Source of the DNA: a virus
Lineage: Duplodnaviria; Caudoviricetes
DNA: 29,924 nucleotides
Strand: one strand, 5' to 3'
Virus record (IMG/VR): IMGVR_UViG_3300025382_000033
Location: 1-29,924 of that record
Shown here piece by piece: positions 8,736-17,189 of the stretch. The translations under genes and the position numbers were made by a program. Below the pieces are notes generated by a model. It made no database searches and was not told where the DNA came from. It saw only the letters and a program-made list of their open reading frames with translations. Positions within the stretch are counted from its first letter, which is position 1. Each line of letters begins with the position of its first letter.

Positions 8736-9845
8736 ATGTCACTGACACAAGGCGGCGCTTTACCCGATATCACTACCACCCAGACGCAGAACACGACTGC
8801 GCCTAGTTGGTATACAGACTACTTGCAGAATGTTGCCACACAAGGGCAGAATGCCGCGCAGAACGCGCAATTTGTTGGCATTCAGCCTATGCAACAACAA
8901 TCGTATGACCTTGCCCAGCAGAACGTCGGCAACTACCAGCCAACGCTCGATACAGCAACGGGTGCGCTTGGTCAGTCGATCAACTCCACCAATCCATTGG
9001 CGGCTGCGAATCCGTACCTCACGTCCGCTGCGAATCCTACTTACAACACTGTTGATAAGTATATGTCGCCATATATCCATGATGTGGTTGGTCAGATCGG
9101 CGATCTGGCTCAACAGAACATCATGCAAAACGTCGCGCCTCAAACAACCGCTGGGCTTGTTGGTTCTGGTCAGTTCGGATCGTCCCGTGGTGCTTCCGCA
9201 CTGGCAAACACTTTAGGTCAGTATGGTCAGCAAACCACAGCAGCGCAGACCAACGCGCTCAACACTGGTTATCAGAACGCCATGCAGCAGGCGCAGGATC
9301 AGGCTGTTTTACAAGGTCAGCTCGGTCAGACGGCGGGTAACCTCGCATCGATGGGTCAGCAAAACCTGAACCAGTCTGCCCAGATTGGTGGTCAATTAGC
9401 CTCTACAACGCAAGCGTTGGGATTAGGCGATGTGAATGCCCTGAACACGCTAGGAACGCAGCAGCAGCAGATTAAGCAGGCTGAGCAGCTATTCCCATTG
9501 CAGATGGCTCAGGCGCAAGCAGGATTGATGCAGGGAGTGAATGTACCGACAGGTGTGACGAGCACTTATAGCGGCCCAATCCCCGGTGCTTACGCCAATT
9601 CACCTTTGGCAACAGGTCTGGGTACGCTATCAAGCATTGGTGGATTATTTTCATCAGGCGTCGGCGGAACTTCTGCAGTGAAGGGTATTAGCGACTGGCT
9701 GAGCAGCTTGGGTAAGACAGATTACTCAGCGGCTGGCTACAATCCAAATTACGCCAATACGATCACCACGAACGGCACGAATGCGCTTTCTCCATATGAT
9801 GCAAATGCAGGCGTGAATTTCACAGCAGCTAACAATTACGGTTAA
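8736..9845 (+). CDS. DNA ejection/pilot protein
   Basis: Gln/Ala/Gly-rich with YMSPY...V and G.FGSSR motifs typical of podophage ejection proteins; AAGGA RBS. Confidence 0.65.
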   Translation: MSLTQGGALPDITTTQTQNTTAPSWYTDYLQNVATQGQNAAQNAQFVGIQPMQQQSYDLAQQNVGNYQPTLDTATGALGQSINSTNPLAAANPYLTSAANPTYNTVDKYMSPYIHDVVGQIGDLAQQNIMQNVAPQTTAGLVGSGQFGSSRGASALANTLGQYGQQTTAAQTNALNTGYQNAMQQAQDQAVLQGQLGQTAGNLASMGQQNLNQSAQIGGQLASTTQALGLGDVNALNTLGTQQQQIKQAEQLFPLQMAQAQAGLMQGVNVPTGVTSTYSGPIPGAYANSPLATGLGTLSSIGGLFSSGVGGTSAVKGISDWLSSLGKTDYSAAGYNPNYANTITTNGTNALSPYDANAGVNFTAANNYG

Positions 9846-9855
9846 GGCATAAATC

Positions 9856-11637
9856 ATGGCAGATATAATTCCAAAAGTTGCTCCGCTTTCACCCGGTGCG
9901 GGAACGGATGTCGGCACTCCTGAGTATGCTCAATATCAAGAAGCTCTCAACCAGTCATTGAAGGCGCTTGAAAACCGTTCTAATCCACAAACAAACCTGT
10001 GGAACATTGCTGCTGGATTTTTAAAGCCAACCCGCACAGGAAGTTTTGGAGAATCGCTGGGCAATGTCAACGAGGTAATGGGGAAAGAGAAAGAACGCGA
10101 ACAGCAAGAAGCTCTTCCTATCGCGCAAATGCGTGCGCAGTTGGCAGGTCAAAAATATCAGATGGCGCTAGAGTCAAAATCACAACAGGCGCTTGCACAG
10201 GCTGTTAGTGGAATGAATCAAAATGACATTACCCAAGCCATGTCATCGCCAATGGGTGCTATCGGCAACCCAGCACTGATGCAGCGTCTCGCGCAGGCGC
10301 AGATGCAGGCGCAACCGGGTACTAAAGCATACGAGCAAATCAAGACAATGCTTGAGACGCAAAAGAACATGATTACGATTGGTCTCGAGCAAGGCAAGCT
10401 GACCGACGCTCAAGTGAGAACATTCTTTGAAACTGGGATGAGAGCTTATCCATATGCTGGCGGTGCTCCTACTGGCGGTGCTGCGCCTCAAAGACCTGCT
10501 GGCGCACCAGCTCAAACAGGTGCTCTGTCAATCCCTGAAGTGGCAAAACAATTGATGACTGACTTCGGCTTTAAGCCAGAGCAATTGTCGCTTGAGCGTA
10601 CACGCGCTCAACAGGAAGACTTAATCAAGCGCGAAGCTGCTGGCGAAAAGAATATTTTCAAACCTGCTCCGCTTGTTGAGGGTAAAGAGGTTTACCACGA
10701 AGGCGCTATTGACGTGCCACAAAGTGTTCCACCAAGCTACATGGAATCTCGTGGCTACTATCGTCCTGATCCAAAAGGCGATCCAGTGCATTGGATTCCG
10801 AGACCAGCAGCGGCGACTGGGCAGGCTACATCAGCTCCTGCCGCGACAGCTACTGGCTTCCCATTGTCTCCAAAGGCGCAGCAAGAAGCTGCTCTGAAAA
10901 AAGAACAGCTCAGGGCTGAAGCGGATATTGCTCAAGAAGCATCGTTCAATAAAGGGCTGGGCGAAGCAGATGTCAAGACTGTCGGTGGAATGCGCGAAGC
11001 AAATGAAGCTGCGCAGGACATCGTGCGCTTGGCGGATAATCAAATATCTCTGGTTCAATCACGACCCACTGCGTTTGGTTATTTGAACGACCCATCGCTG
11101 TCTTCGGCATTGCTGGCTGCAGCGACAGAAGCTCGCGCTAAGGGTGTTGAGCTGACGCCTGATCGTATTGCTCAATACGTCAAAGGTGTGCGCGATCCAA
11201 AAGACTTGGATGCCATTACGTTGTATGCAAACAACGCTGGGCAGATCAACCTGCTGTTCTCGCGCATCGACTTCAAAGGTCAGGGCGCTGTCTCTGACTC
11301 GGAACGTCGTCTGGTTGCGATCATGGGCGGTCTGCCTTCGGATTCTGTTGACGCAATTATGCTCAAGGCTGATGCGCTCAAGACTCGCGCCCAGCGTGAC
11401 ATCGATCTGCATCAAGCATGGTCTGACTATCGTGCAGTCCACCCCAATGGTTCATACGACAAGTTCTTGAGGTCTGATGACTATATCAGGGTCAAAAAGA
11501 CATACACCGATAGGTTTGATGAAATGCGTGATGCAACATCAAAATTGTTGAAAGCGACATCATCAAATAAACCAGCCACCGCAGCTCCGAAGAAAGATTC
11601 TTTGGAAGACAGGCTTAACCAGATTGGGGGAGAGTAA
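9856..11637 (+). CDS. DNA ejection protein with a putative internal M15-like peptidase segment
   Basis: AAGFLKPTRTGSFGESLG N-terminal motif, G.GAVSD.ER motif and helical Ala/Gln-rich composition; central R...QQ..L / HEGAID / DPVH segment. Confidence 0.65.
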   Translation: MADIIPKVAPLSPGAGTDVGTPEYAQYQEALNQSLKALENRSNPQTNLWNIAAGFLKPTRTGSFGESLGNVNEVMGKEKEREQQEALPIAQMRAQLAGQKYQMALESKSQQALAQAVSGMNQNDITQAMSSPMGAIGNPALMQRLAQAQMQAQPGTKAYEQIKTMLETQKNMITIGLEQGKLTDAQVRTFFETGMRAYPYAGGAPTGGAAPQRPAGAPAQTGALSIPEVAKQLMTDFGFKPEQLSLERTRAQQEDLIKREAAGEKNIFKPAPLVEGKEVYHEGAIDVPQSVPPSYMESRGYYRPDPKGDPVHWIPRPAAATGQATSAPAATATGFPLSPKAQQEAALKKEQLRAEADIAQEASFNKGLGEADVKTVGGMREANEAAQDIVRLADNQISLVQSRPTAFGYLNDPSLSSALLAAATEARAKGVELTPDRIAQYVKGVRDPKDLDAITLYANNAGQINLLFSRIDFKGQGAVSDSERRLVAIMGGLPSDSVDAIMLKADALKTRAQRDIDLHQAWSDYRAVHPNGSYDKFLRSDDYIRVKKTYTDRFDEMRDATSKLLKATSSNKPATAAPKKDSLEDRLNQIGGE

Positions 11638-13202
11638 TGGCTGACATTGATTTTTCCAAATTAACCCCAGAGCAAATCGCTGTTGCAAAAAGCGTGGCGG
11701 CTGATGCGCGTAAGTACAACATCGATCCGAGCGTCGCGCTGCAAACGATATTTGATAAGAATCAATTTTCGGAAGGGTTGACGGGACACCCCGGTGAGGA
11801 AGCCCCCCTCGCAGCCAAGATGCTGTGGGAGAAGCAATTCAAACCCGCTCCTGTGCCTTATCAGCAAACCGAGCACGATACTACTGACGAGATGATCGGT
11901 GCGGCTGCAGGCGCTGGCACAGGTGCTGCTCTGGTCGGAGCTGGTGCTGCCAAGAATGCCGCTACAAATTTATTTTCAAATAGTCAGCGCATCAAAGAGT
12001 CCGCCCCCAACACTGGGAGCATTGGTCGACCACTCTCAAGCTGGGAGCTGAGCTCACCTGCTGGGCAGACGGCAGAGATGCGTCGCTTAGAGATGCGTGA
12101 TCTATTGAACAACTGGAAGTCTGAAGCTGGTCAGGCACAGATCGGTACTGATGCTCTCAGAACTCAGCAGCAGGCAGCGCAGAGAGCGCTCGAGCAGGCT
12201 CGTTTGGCTGAGCAGACTGCACTGACACAGTTTGTCACCTTGGGTGGTGGCAAGAAAGCTCCAGAGCTCCCTGCAACAACCGTTGCACCAACTCCCACGA
12301 CACCGCCTGCGGTCACAGTTGATTATCACGAGATGAACAACAATCCGACTGGCAACTCCGCTGCGCGTGAAATCTCTCAGCACGAGTCTGCGCATTACCG
12401 CAGCCTGTCGCAGGGCGACAAAATGAAAATGGTTGATCGTCTGGCTCAAGAGTACGGGCTGGGTCGTGGATATGTTCAGATGATGCTTGAGGCAGGCGAA
12501 CACCAGCCGACAGCCACAGGTCGCGTTTTGCTCGAAAAGAAGGACTTGAACGCTGTCAACGCAGCTCAGACACCTCAGCAGCAGATGGCAGCAGCAATGT
12601 CACCTGCAGAGCGTCATGCGCTCGAGCTCGAGATGCAAAGGCGTGCGGCAGAGGATATGGCTCGACGCCTGCAATTTAATGAGGCAGAGCGAGTCCTGCG
12701 TGAGAATCAATCTGCCAGAAGTGGTGCGGCTACGGCAGAGCGCGGAGCAAACAAGGCATTGTCAACCGATCTGTCAACTCGCGGCACGCTGGGTGAGAAA
12801 TTTGGTCACACAGTCGAATCAGTACAGCAGGCAATGATCGATGCCAAAAATAAAGCGTTGAACTCAGCGGTCATGCGTCCATTACGGGCGGCTGGCACAG
12901 TCCTTGGTGGCGGTCTAGCAGGCTTGGAAGGGATGGATGCCTATGACGCCTACATGAAGAAAAACTACGGCGATGCTGCTTCACATGGAATAACTGGCAC
13001 TGGTGGCTTGGTTGGCATGCTTCCTATGGCTGGTGCGCCAACGGCTGGTGCTCTGATGATGGCAGTTCCTGAAGCGAAGAGACAAGCTGATGAGCTGACA
13101 AAAGAATTGGCAGCAAACAAAGCCAAGGGTGAATCACAATCGCCACTGAGCTTATTTATGCAACTGATGCGATCCAAGACAAGCACGCCTTGGATGAATT
13201 AA
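11637..13202 (+). CDS. Last virion-operon protein, probable ejection protein
   Basis: 521 aa, Ala-rich and helical with C-terminal Gly-rich hydrophobic segments; TAATG coupling; followed by a terminator. Confidence 0.6.
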   Translation: MADIDFSKLTPEQIAVAKSVAADARKYNIDPSVALQTIFDKNQFSEGLTGHPGEEAPLAAKMLWEKQFKPAPVPYQQTEHDTTDEMIGAAAGAGTGAALVGAGAAKNAATNLFSNSQRIKESAPNTGSIGRPLSSWELSSPAGQTAEMRRLEMRDLLNNWKSEAGQAQIGTDALRTQQQAAQRALEQARLAEQTALTQFVTLGGGKKAPELPATTVAPTPTTPPAVTVDYHEMNNNPTGNSAAREISQHESAHYRSLSQGDKMKMVDRLAQEYGLGRGYVQMMLEAGEHQPTATGRVLLEKKDLNAVNAAQTPQQQMAAAMSPAERHALELEMQRRAAEDMARRLQFNEAERVLRENQSARSGAATAERGANKALSTDLSTRGTLGEKFGHTVESVQQAMIDAKNKALNSAVMRPLRAAGTVLGGGLAGLEGMDAYDAYMKKNYGDAASHGITGTGGLVGMLPMAGAPTAGALMMAVPEAKRQADELTKELAANKAKGESQSPLSLFMQLMRSKTSTPWMN

Positions 13203-13231
13203 ATCCTTGAGACCTAGTTCAGGGTCTTTTC

Positions 13232-13258
13232 GCCCCCCATAATCGGGGGGCTTTTTTT
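13232..13258 (+). terminator. Rho-independent terminator between convergent operons
   Basis: GCCCCCC-ATAATC-GGGGGGC stem-loop followed by T7. A second small hairpin AGACC...GGTCT lies at 13210-13227. Confidence 0.88.
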
Positions 13259-13481
13259 ATGCGTGACCTGCAGGCTGGGACATCATGAGCATGAAGTTCT
13301 GTGTTGCTGTCTCATTGTCCTGCAAGCACTGGTTGTAGCCGTCCTGATAAGCCAGCTCGAGCATCTTTGCGCGAAGACATAGGACGCTGTGGTCGCCCTC
13401 GTCAAAGCGCTTAGCTTGCATGTCGATGGTTTCCCAGTCCAGCTCCATCTCTATTGACTCCTGTCCGTCCATATGCGCCAC
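13257..13481 (-). CDS. Hypothetical protein
   Basis: 74 aa; GAGGAG RBS upstream of ATG 13481; last gene of the leftward operon. Confidence 0.65.
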   Translation of the reverse strand: MAHMDGQESIEMELDWETIDMQAKRFDEGDHSVLCLRAKMLELAYQDGYNQCLQDNETATQNFMLMMSQPAGHA

Positions 13482-13687
13482 TCCTCAAGGGCTTTGGCGA
13501 CCTCAGTATTCAAAGAGCGCACGAACTTGACGCACGCATCACGCTCGTCATAGGTCGCTTCCTGACGAGCATATTTTTCAAGTTTACGTCCAAATTCCAT
13601 GACGTCAACGTCGTCGGCGTACATGCCATCTGGGTCTTTGTTGTTGCACTCAAGAAAGATCGCCTTGATGTGATCGTTTGTAAGCAT
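13451..13687 (-). CDS. Hypothetical phage protein
   Basis: 78 aa; AGGA RBS; ER.AC motif common in small Betaproteobacterial phage proteins. Confidence 0.7.
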   Translation of the reverse strand: MLTNDHIKAIFLECNNKDPDGMYADDVDVMEFGRKLEKYARQEATYDERDACVKFVRSLNTEVAKALEEWRIWTDRSQ

Positions 13688-13695
13688 GCTGATTC

Positions 13696-14412
13696 CTATT
13701 CTAAAAAGTTGATGCGTTTGTAGATTTTACGGGTTCTCTCGACATCACCTGCACAATAGGTCGCCACATCATCAATGCGCCCAGCCTGCACATAATCCCA
13801 GACTTTGCTGCCATCGATGTCACCGTCGACCTCTGAGCCCTTGGCATCGATTCCAAAGACCTCGCACAGCTTAGCCATGCTGACGCGATTGCCTGTGCCA
13901 GCCCAAGCAGTCATGGTGTCAAACACCACATCATCCCAAGGTTTAGCTTTGAATGGAATAAACATTGGAGGTTTGATACCAAGAATGATTGAGCGTTGCA
14001 GAATAAAGCGCAGGTCAAAATTCAATATATTATGACCAACAAATATAGGTCTAGTCTGGCTATTTGGTTTGTAGGCTGATGCTAAATCCCTATAAAGCGC
14101 TGCAATAATCTCGTCCTCAGTGCTTTTCCAATTATTAAAATAAATCACCACAGGCTCGTTGTCGTCAATGGCGTAGGATGCCACAACGATCTGACCCAAC
14201 GCGCCATCGAACGATGTCTTGCGATAGCGCTCGTCGAACGACGCATCGATCTCCACGCGCTTGGCTGCAATATACTCGTCGATCTTTGCCTGATCCTTAT
14301 AGTTGGCTGGCGCTTTGATCGTCAGCTTTTCTTTGTCGGCATCAGACTTCAGTGAGGCAATTGCTTTGGAGTCTTGCGCGGGAATTGTTTCAATGTCCAA
14401 ATAAATAATCAT
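13696..14412 (-). CDS. Stand-alone DEDD 3'-5' exonuclease (PolB exonuclease-domain-like)
   Basis: ExoI YLDIETIP, ExoII VGHNILNFDLRFI, ExoIII YCAGDV. Confidence 0.9.
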   Translation of the reverse strand: MIIYLDIETIPAQDSKAIASLKSDADKEKLTIKAPANYKDQAKIDEYIAAKRVEIDASFDERYRKTSFDGALGQIVVASYAIDDNEPVVIYFNNWKSTEDEIIAALYRDLASAYKPNSQTRPIFVGHNILNFDLRFILQRSIILGIKPPMFIPFKAKPWDDVVFDTMTAWAGTGNRVSMAKLCEVFGIDAKGSEVDGDIDGSKVWDYVQAGRIDDVATYCAGDVERTRKIYKRINFLE

Positions 14413-14834
14413 TTAATTTCCTTGTGTCTTTGTTTGTGACATGGCTGACACAGCCACATAACATCCAACGGTTTATCGTAATCTTCGTGATGTGCTAGGC
14501 TTTTTTCGTTACCGCATCGCAGACAAGGTTGTCGAACCAATTGACCAGACTTGATTGCTCTTGAAACTGCGTTATGACAAAAATCTCTGCGTTTGTCAAC
14601 CTGTCTCCATGCTTTAGATATTTCAGAAGATGCCTGTTGACGAATGTAGTTTTTTGCCCTTTCCCTGTCGTACTCACGGTAATAATCAATGTTCTTTAAT
14701 CTGTTTTCATTGACATCCTTTTTGTTGCAGGACTTGCATTTGTTTACATGACCGTCAGCCATGCCAGAGTGTTTATAAAATTCTGATAATGGCTTGACGG
14801 CATTGCACTTAAAACAATTTTTAGAACGAATCAT
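14409..14834 (-). CDS. Zinc-finger / HNH-like endonuclease
   Basis: C..C...KPLSEFY...CKSC N-terminus and C..CG....AHH.DY.KPLDV.WLC..CH C-terminus. Start placed at ATG 14834 because GGAG lies just upstream. Confidence 0.75.
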   Translation of the reverse strand: MIRSKNCFKCNAVKPLSEFYKHSGMADGHVNKCKSCNKKDVNENRLKNIDYYREYDRERAKNYIRQQASSEISKAWRQVDKRRDFCHNAVSRAIKSGQLVRQPCLRCGNEKSLAHHEDYDKPLDVMWLCQPCHKQRHKEIK

Positions 14835-14877
14835 GCTGTACTCCGTGTGCTTGGCGTACAACCATTATAGACCCGTT

Positions 14878-15510
14878 CTAATTAAAAGGTATATCGTCGT
14901 CGTCATTCTCTGCGGCTGCAGGCTGGACGTGTGGATTGCGGGATTGAAACTCAGGGCTTGCCATGATCTTCTTCTTGACGTAGTCGGACAAGGTCTCAAA
15001 GATTGCGTCGTCATGCTCATCGATGGAGTACATCGCTGGCGTGTTGTGCGGGTCAGGAAGACCAGCCTTTTTGACGTTTACTGGGACAGGCATAATCGCC
15101 TGAATGTTGGTGTACTCCTTGCCATCGCGACCAGCGTCGCGGCTGACTGACAACATCGCCCATACGCCAAGCACATTCTTGAGCTCGAACCCACGCAGCT
15201 CTTCAGTCGTAAAGTCACGACCACGCCATGTCTTCAAGTCATTGCGCAGAGATGCCTTTTCTGACAAGATCAGCGTGTAGTTCTTGCTGATAGATAGTGG
15301 CTCACCCTTTGATGTCAGAGTGGCATTACCATTCTCGTCTTCCGACCACACCTCAAACTGAAGCATAATCTTGTGTTGGATTTTTGTCTGACCCATGTAC
15401 TCTGTCTTCTGACTGCCAAGATCAACGATCTTGTAGCAACGTGCCAGATGCATACCTGCTGGGACGGGAGTGAAGCTGCCGCCTGTATCGCCTTTCGCTA
15501 TAAGTGCCAT
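14878..15510 (-). CDS. Putative single-stranded DNA-binding / replication-recombination protein
   Basis: F.PVPAG.HLARCY..VDLG.Q N-terminus and an SSB-like acidic tail DDDDIPF(N). Confidence 0.65.
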   Translation of the reverse strand: MALIAKGDTGGSFTPVPAGMHLARCYKIVDLGSQKTEYMGQTKIQHKIMLQFEVWSEDENGNATLTSKGEPLSISKNYTLILSEKASLRNDLKTWRGRDFTTEELRGFELKNVLGVWAMLSVSRDAGRDGKEYTNIQAIMPVPVNVKKAGLPDPHNTPAMYSIDEHDDAIFETLSDYVKKKIMASPEFQSRNPHVQPAAAENDDDDIPFN

Positions 15511-15512
15511 TT

Positions 15513-15683
15513 TTATCTACCTATTGATGTTGTGTGTAAAACGGGTCGACCAACGATCCCGCATTCAAAGCGAATGATGTTCCAATCATCCTCTGTTGCT
15601 AACCCGTGGGTGGCGCGTTCAATCGCATCCTCGAGTTGCTCCATTCTTTCTAACTCAAGCTGGTGGTGCTCTGCCTCAATCAT
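15513..15683 (-). CDS. Small hypothetical protein (56 aa)
   Basis: Not in the ORF track. MIEAEHHQLELERMEQLEDAIERATHGLATEDDWNIIRFECGIVGRPVLHTTSIGR tiles the gap in the leftward operon. Confidence 0.65.
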   Translation of the reverse strand: MIEAEHHQLELERMEQLEDAIERATHGLATEDDWNIIRFECGIVGRPVLHTTSIGR

Positions 15684-15861
15684 CTAATGTGTCCTGAAGA
15701 AGTGTTTGCGTGGTCAATCGACCTGCGGCATAAATTTTTGCAACCTCTAAAGCACCAATTACTTCTATTGCTGTTGTTCCTTTTGGCACAAGCGAATCAA
15801 GATTATCCAAAATATTTGAAACAAGAGTTTGAAAATTATTTAATTTTTTCTTGCGTTTCAT
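15676..15861 (-). CDS. Small hypothetical protein
   Basis: Start MKRKKKL at 15861 with AAGGAAG RBS and an ATGA overlap. Confidence 0.6.
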   Translation of the reverse strand: MKRKKKLNNFQTLVSNILDNLDSLVPKGTTAIEVIGALEVAKIYAAGRLTTQTLLQDTLDD

Positions 15862-16058
15862 TTTGCTTCCTTGTTGAGTTGTAATTGTTTGGCAGACAAC
15901 AGAGACATGCTCTGGTGGTACAGCCATTTTTTAATAATTTCTGGGTCTTGCGATGGCGGTATCCAGTTACAGACACGCTTCCATGTGCGTTGCACGTTGG
16001 TAGCCGATGCGGGTGCATAGGCGGGATCGGATTGTTTCAATGTCATTTCTTCAATCAT
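15858..16058 (-). CDS. Small hypothetical protein, first gene of the leftward operon
   Basis: Y.PAS.TNV..TW motif; begins about 30 nt downstream of the leftward -10 element. Confidence 0.6.
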   Translation of the reverse strand: MIEEMTLKQSDPAYAPASATNVQRTWKRVCNWIPPSQDPEIIKKWLYHQSMSLLSAKQLQLNKEAK

Positions 16059-16089
16059 TTTGATTCTCTGTAGGTTTGTAGGAAAATGA

Positions 16090-16119
16090 ATTGTACATGT
16101 GTTAATAAAAAAGTACAAT
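16090..16119. promoter_or_regulatory. Symmetric bidirectional sigma70-type promoter
   Basis: Plus strand: TTGTAC(16091-96)-N17-TACAAT(16114-19). Minus strand: TTGTAC(16118-13)-N17-TACAAT(16095-90). Lies between divergent operons. Confidence 0.8.
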
Positions 16120-16149
16120 CTGGTTTCTTGTTAACACAATGGAAGCATT

Positions 16150-16347
16150 ATGACACTCAAAGAATATTTTGACAAACAACCTCACGGAGCTATCACACAA
16201 ATGGCTAACAAGCTCAATATAAGCAGGACATGGTTATCCCTGATAGTCAATGGGCGCAAGCTCCCCAGCCCAACGCTGTGTATTTTGATCGAGCGCTTGA
16301 CGAAAAAAAAGGTGCAGCGTAAAGTTCTACGTCCAGAGTTATTTTGA
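16150..16347 (+). CDS. Cro-like HTH transcriptional regulator
   Basis: MTLKEY...ITQMANKLNISRTWLSLIVNGRKLPSP...IE..T...V....LRPELF matches the Cro/YdaS-like pattern. Confidence 0.88.
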   Translation: MTLKEYFDKQPHGAITQMANKLNISRTWLSLIVNGRKLPSPTLCILIERLTKKKVQRKVLRPELF

Positions 16348-16357
16348 CGATTCAGGA

Positions 16358-16401
16358 CATTAACGGTCATTGACGGTCATTAACGTATTACAATTAACGC
16401 T
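16358..16401 (+). repeat. Tandem 10-bp direct repeats upstream of the replication genes
   Basis: CATTAACGGT, CATTGACGGT, CATTAACGTA in tandem, plus AATTAACGCT at 16392. Confidence 0.8.
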
Positions 16402-16416
16402 TCAACAAGGATATAT

Positions 16417-17187
16417 ATGAAACTAGATCAGATTAGAATCGACGGCGGAACGCAAGCCAGAGCGAAAATGAGCGAAGAAACGGTGCAGCAATACACAGAC
16501 CTACTCAAGGAGGGCGTCAAATTCCCTCCTGTCACGGTTTTTTATGATGGCAAGGACTATTGGCTCGCTGATGGTTTCAATCGCTACTATGCACACATTG
16601 CGATCAAGCGCGACATTATTGACATTGATATCAAAAAAGGAACGAAGCTCGACGCCAAGTTGTTTGCATGTGGCGCAAATGCATCACACGGTCAGCCACG
16701 CACCAACGCAGACAAGCGTAATGCCGTGCTGATGGTGCTGAGCGAGCCAGAGTGGAAGGGTTGGTCAGAGCGTGAAATTGCGCGTCACTGTAACGTCACG
16801 CACACACTTGTGCAGGATGTAAAGAAGTCGCTGGCAGCGGACTCCACCCTCAAGCCAATACCACGAGAGCCAAAGAAAGTATTGCCAAAATTTGAAGAGC
16901 CAGAGTACGACGAAACGGACAACATGCGCGAAACCATTGCGACCCTCAATGAGGAGCTCGAGAAAGCGAATCGTGCAGCAGCGGCTGGTGTGCTGGCTGA
17001 TGATATGGAGAATGCAAGGGAGATTATGGAGCGTCAAGCTCAGGAGATCAAAACCCTGCAGGCAGAGAACGATGGATTAAAAGCGACCCGTGACACCATG
17101 ATGGTCGAGATCAGAGAGCTTAAAAAACAGTGCGCATACTACCAAAAGAAACTGGCAGTAAGTGAAAAAGAAAACGAAGGAAAATAA
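16417..17187 (+). CDS. ParB/Srx N-terminal domain protein with HTH and coiled coil
   Basis: IRIDGGTQ.R, FPPV.VF.DG..YWLADGFNR, N..HG.PR...DKR.AV, WS.REIAR.C.V.H..V; coiled-coil C-terminus. Confidence 0.82.
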   Translation: MKLDQIRIDGGTQARAKMSEETVQQYTDLLKEGVKFPPVTVFYDGKDYWLADGFNRYYAHIAIKRDIIDIDIKKGTKLDAKLFACGANASHGQPRTNADKRNAVLMVLSEPEWKGWSEREIARHCNVTHTLVQDVKKSLAADSTLKPIPREPKKVLPKFEEPEYDETDNMRETIATLNEELEKANRAAAAGVLADDMENAREIMERQAQEIKTLQAENDGLKATRDTMMVEIRELKKQCAYYQKKLAVSEKENEGK

Positions 17188-17189
17188 AA

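Noticed and set aside
16358-16401. Short repeats as a CRISPR array
   Set aside because: The repeats are 10 bp and contiguous with no spacers, and no cas genes are present.
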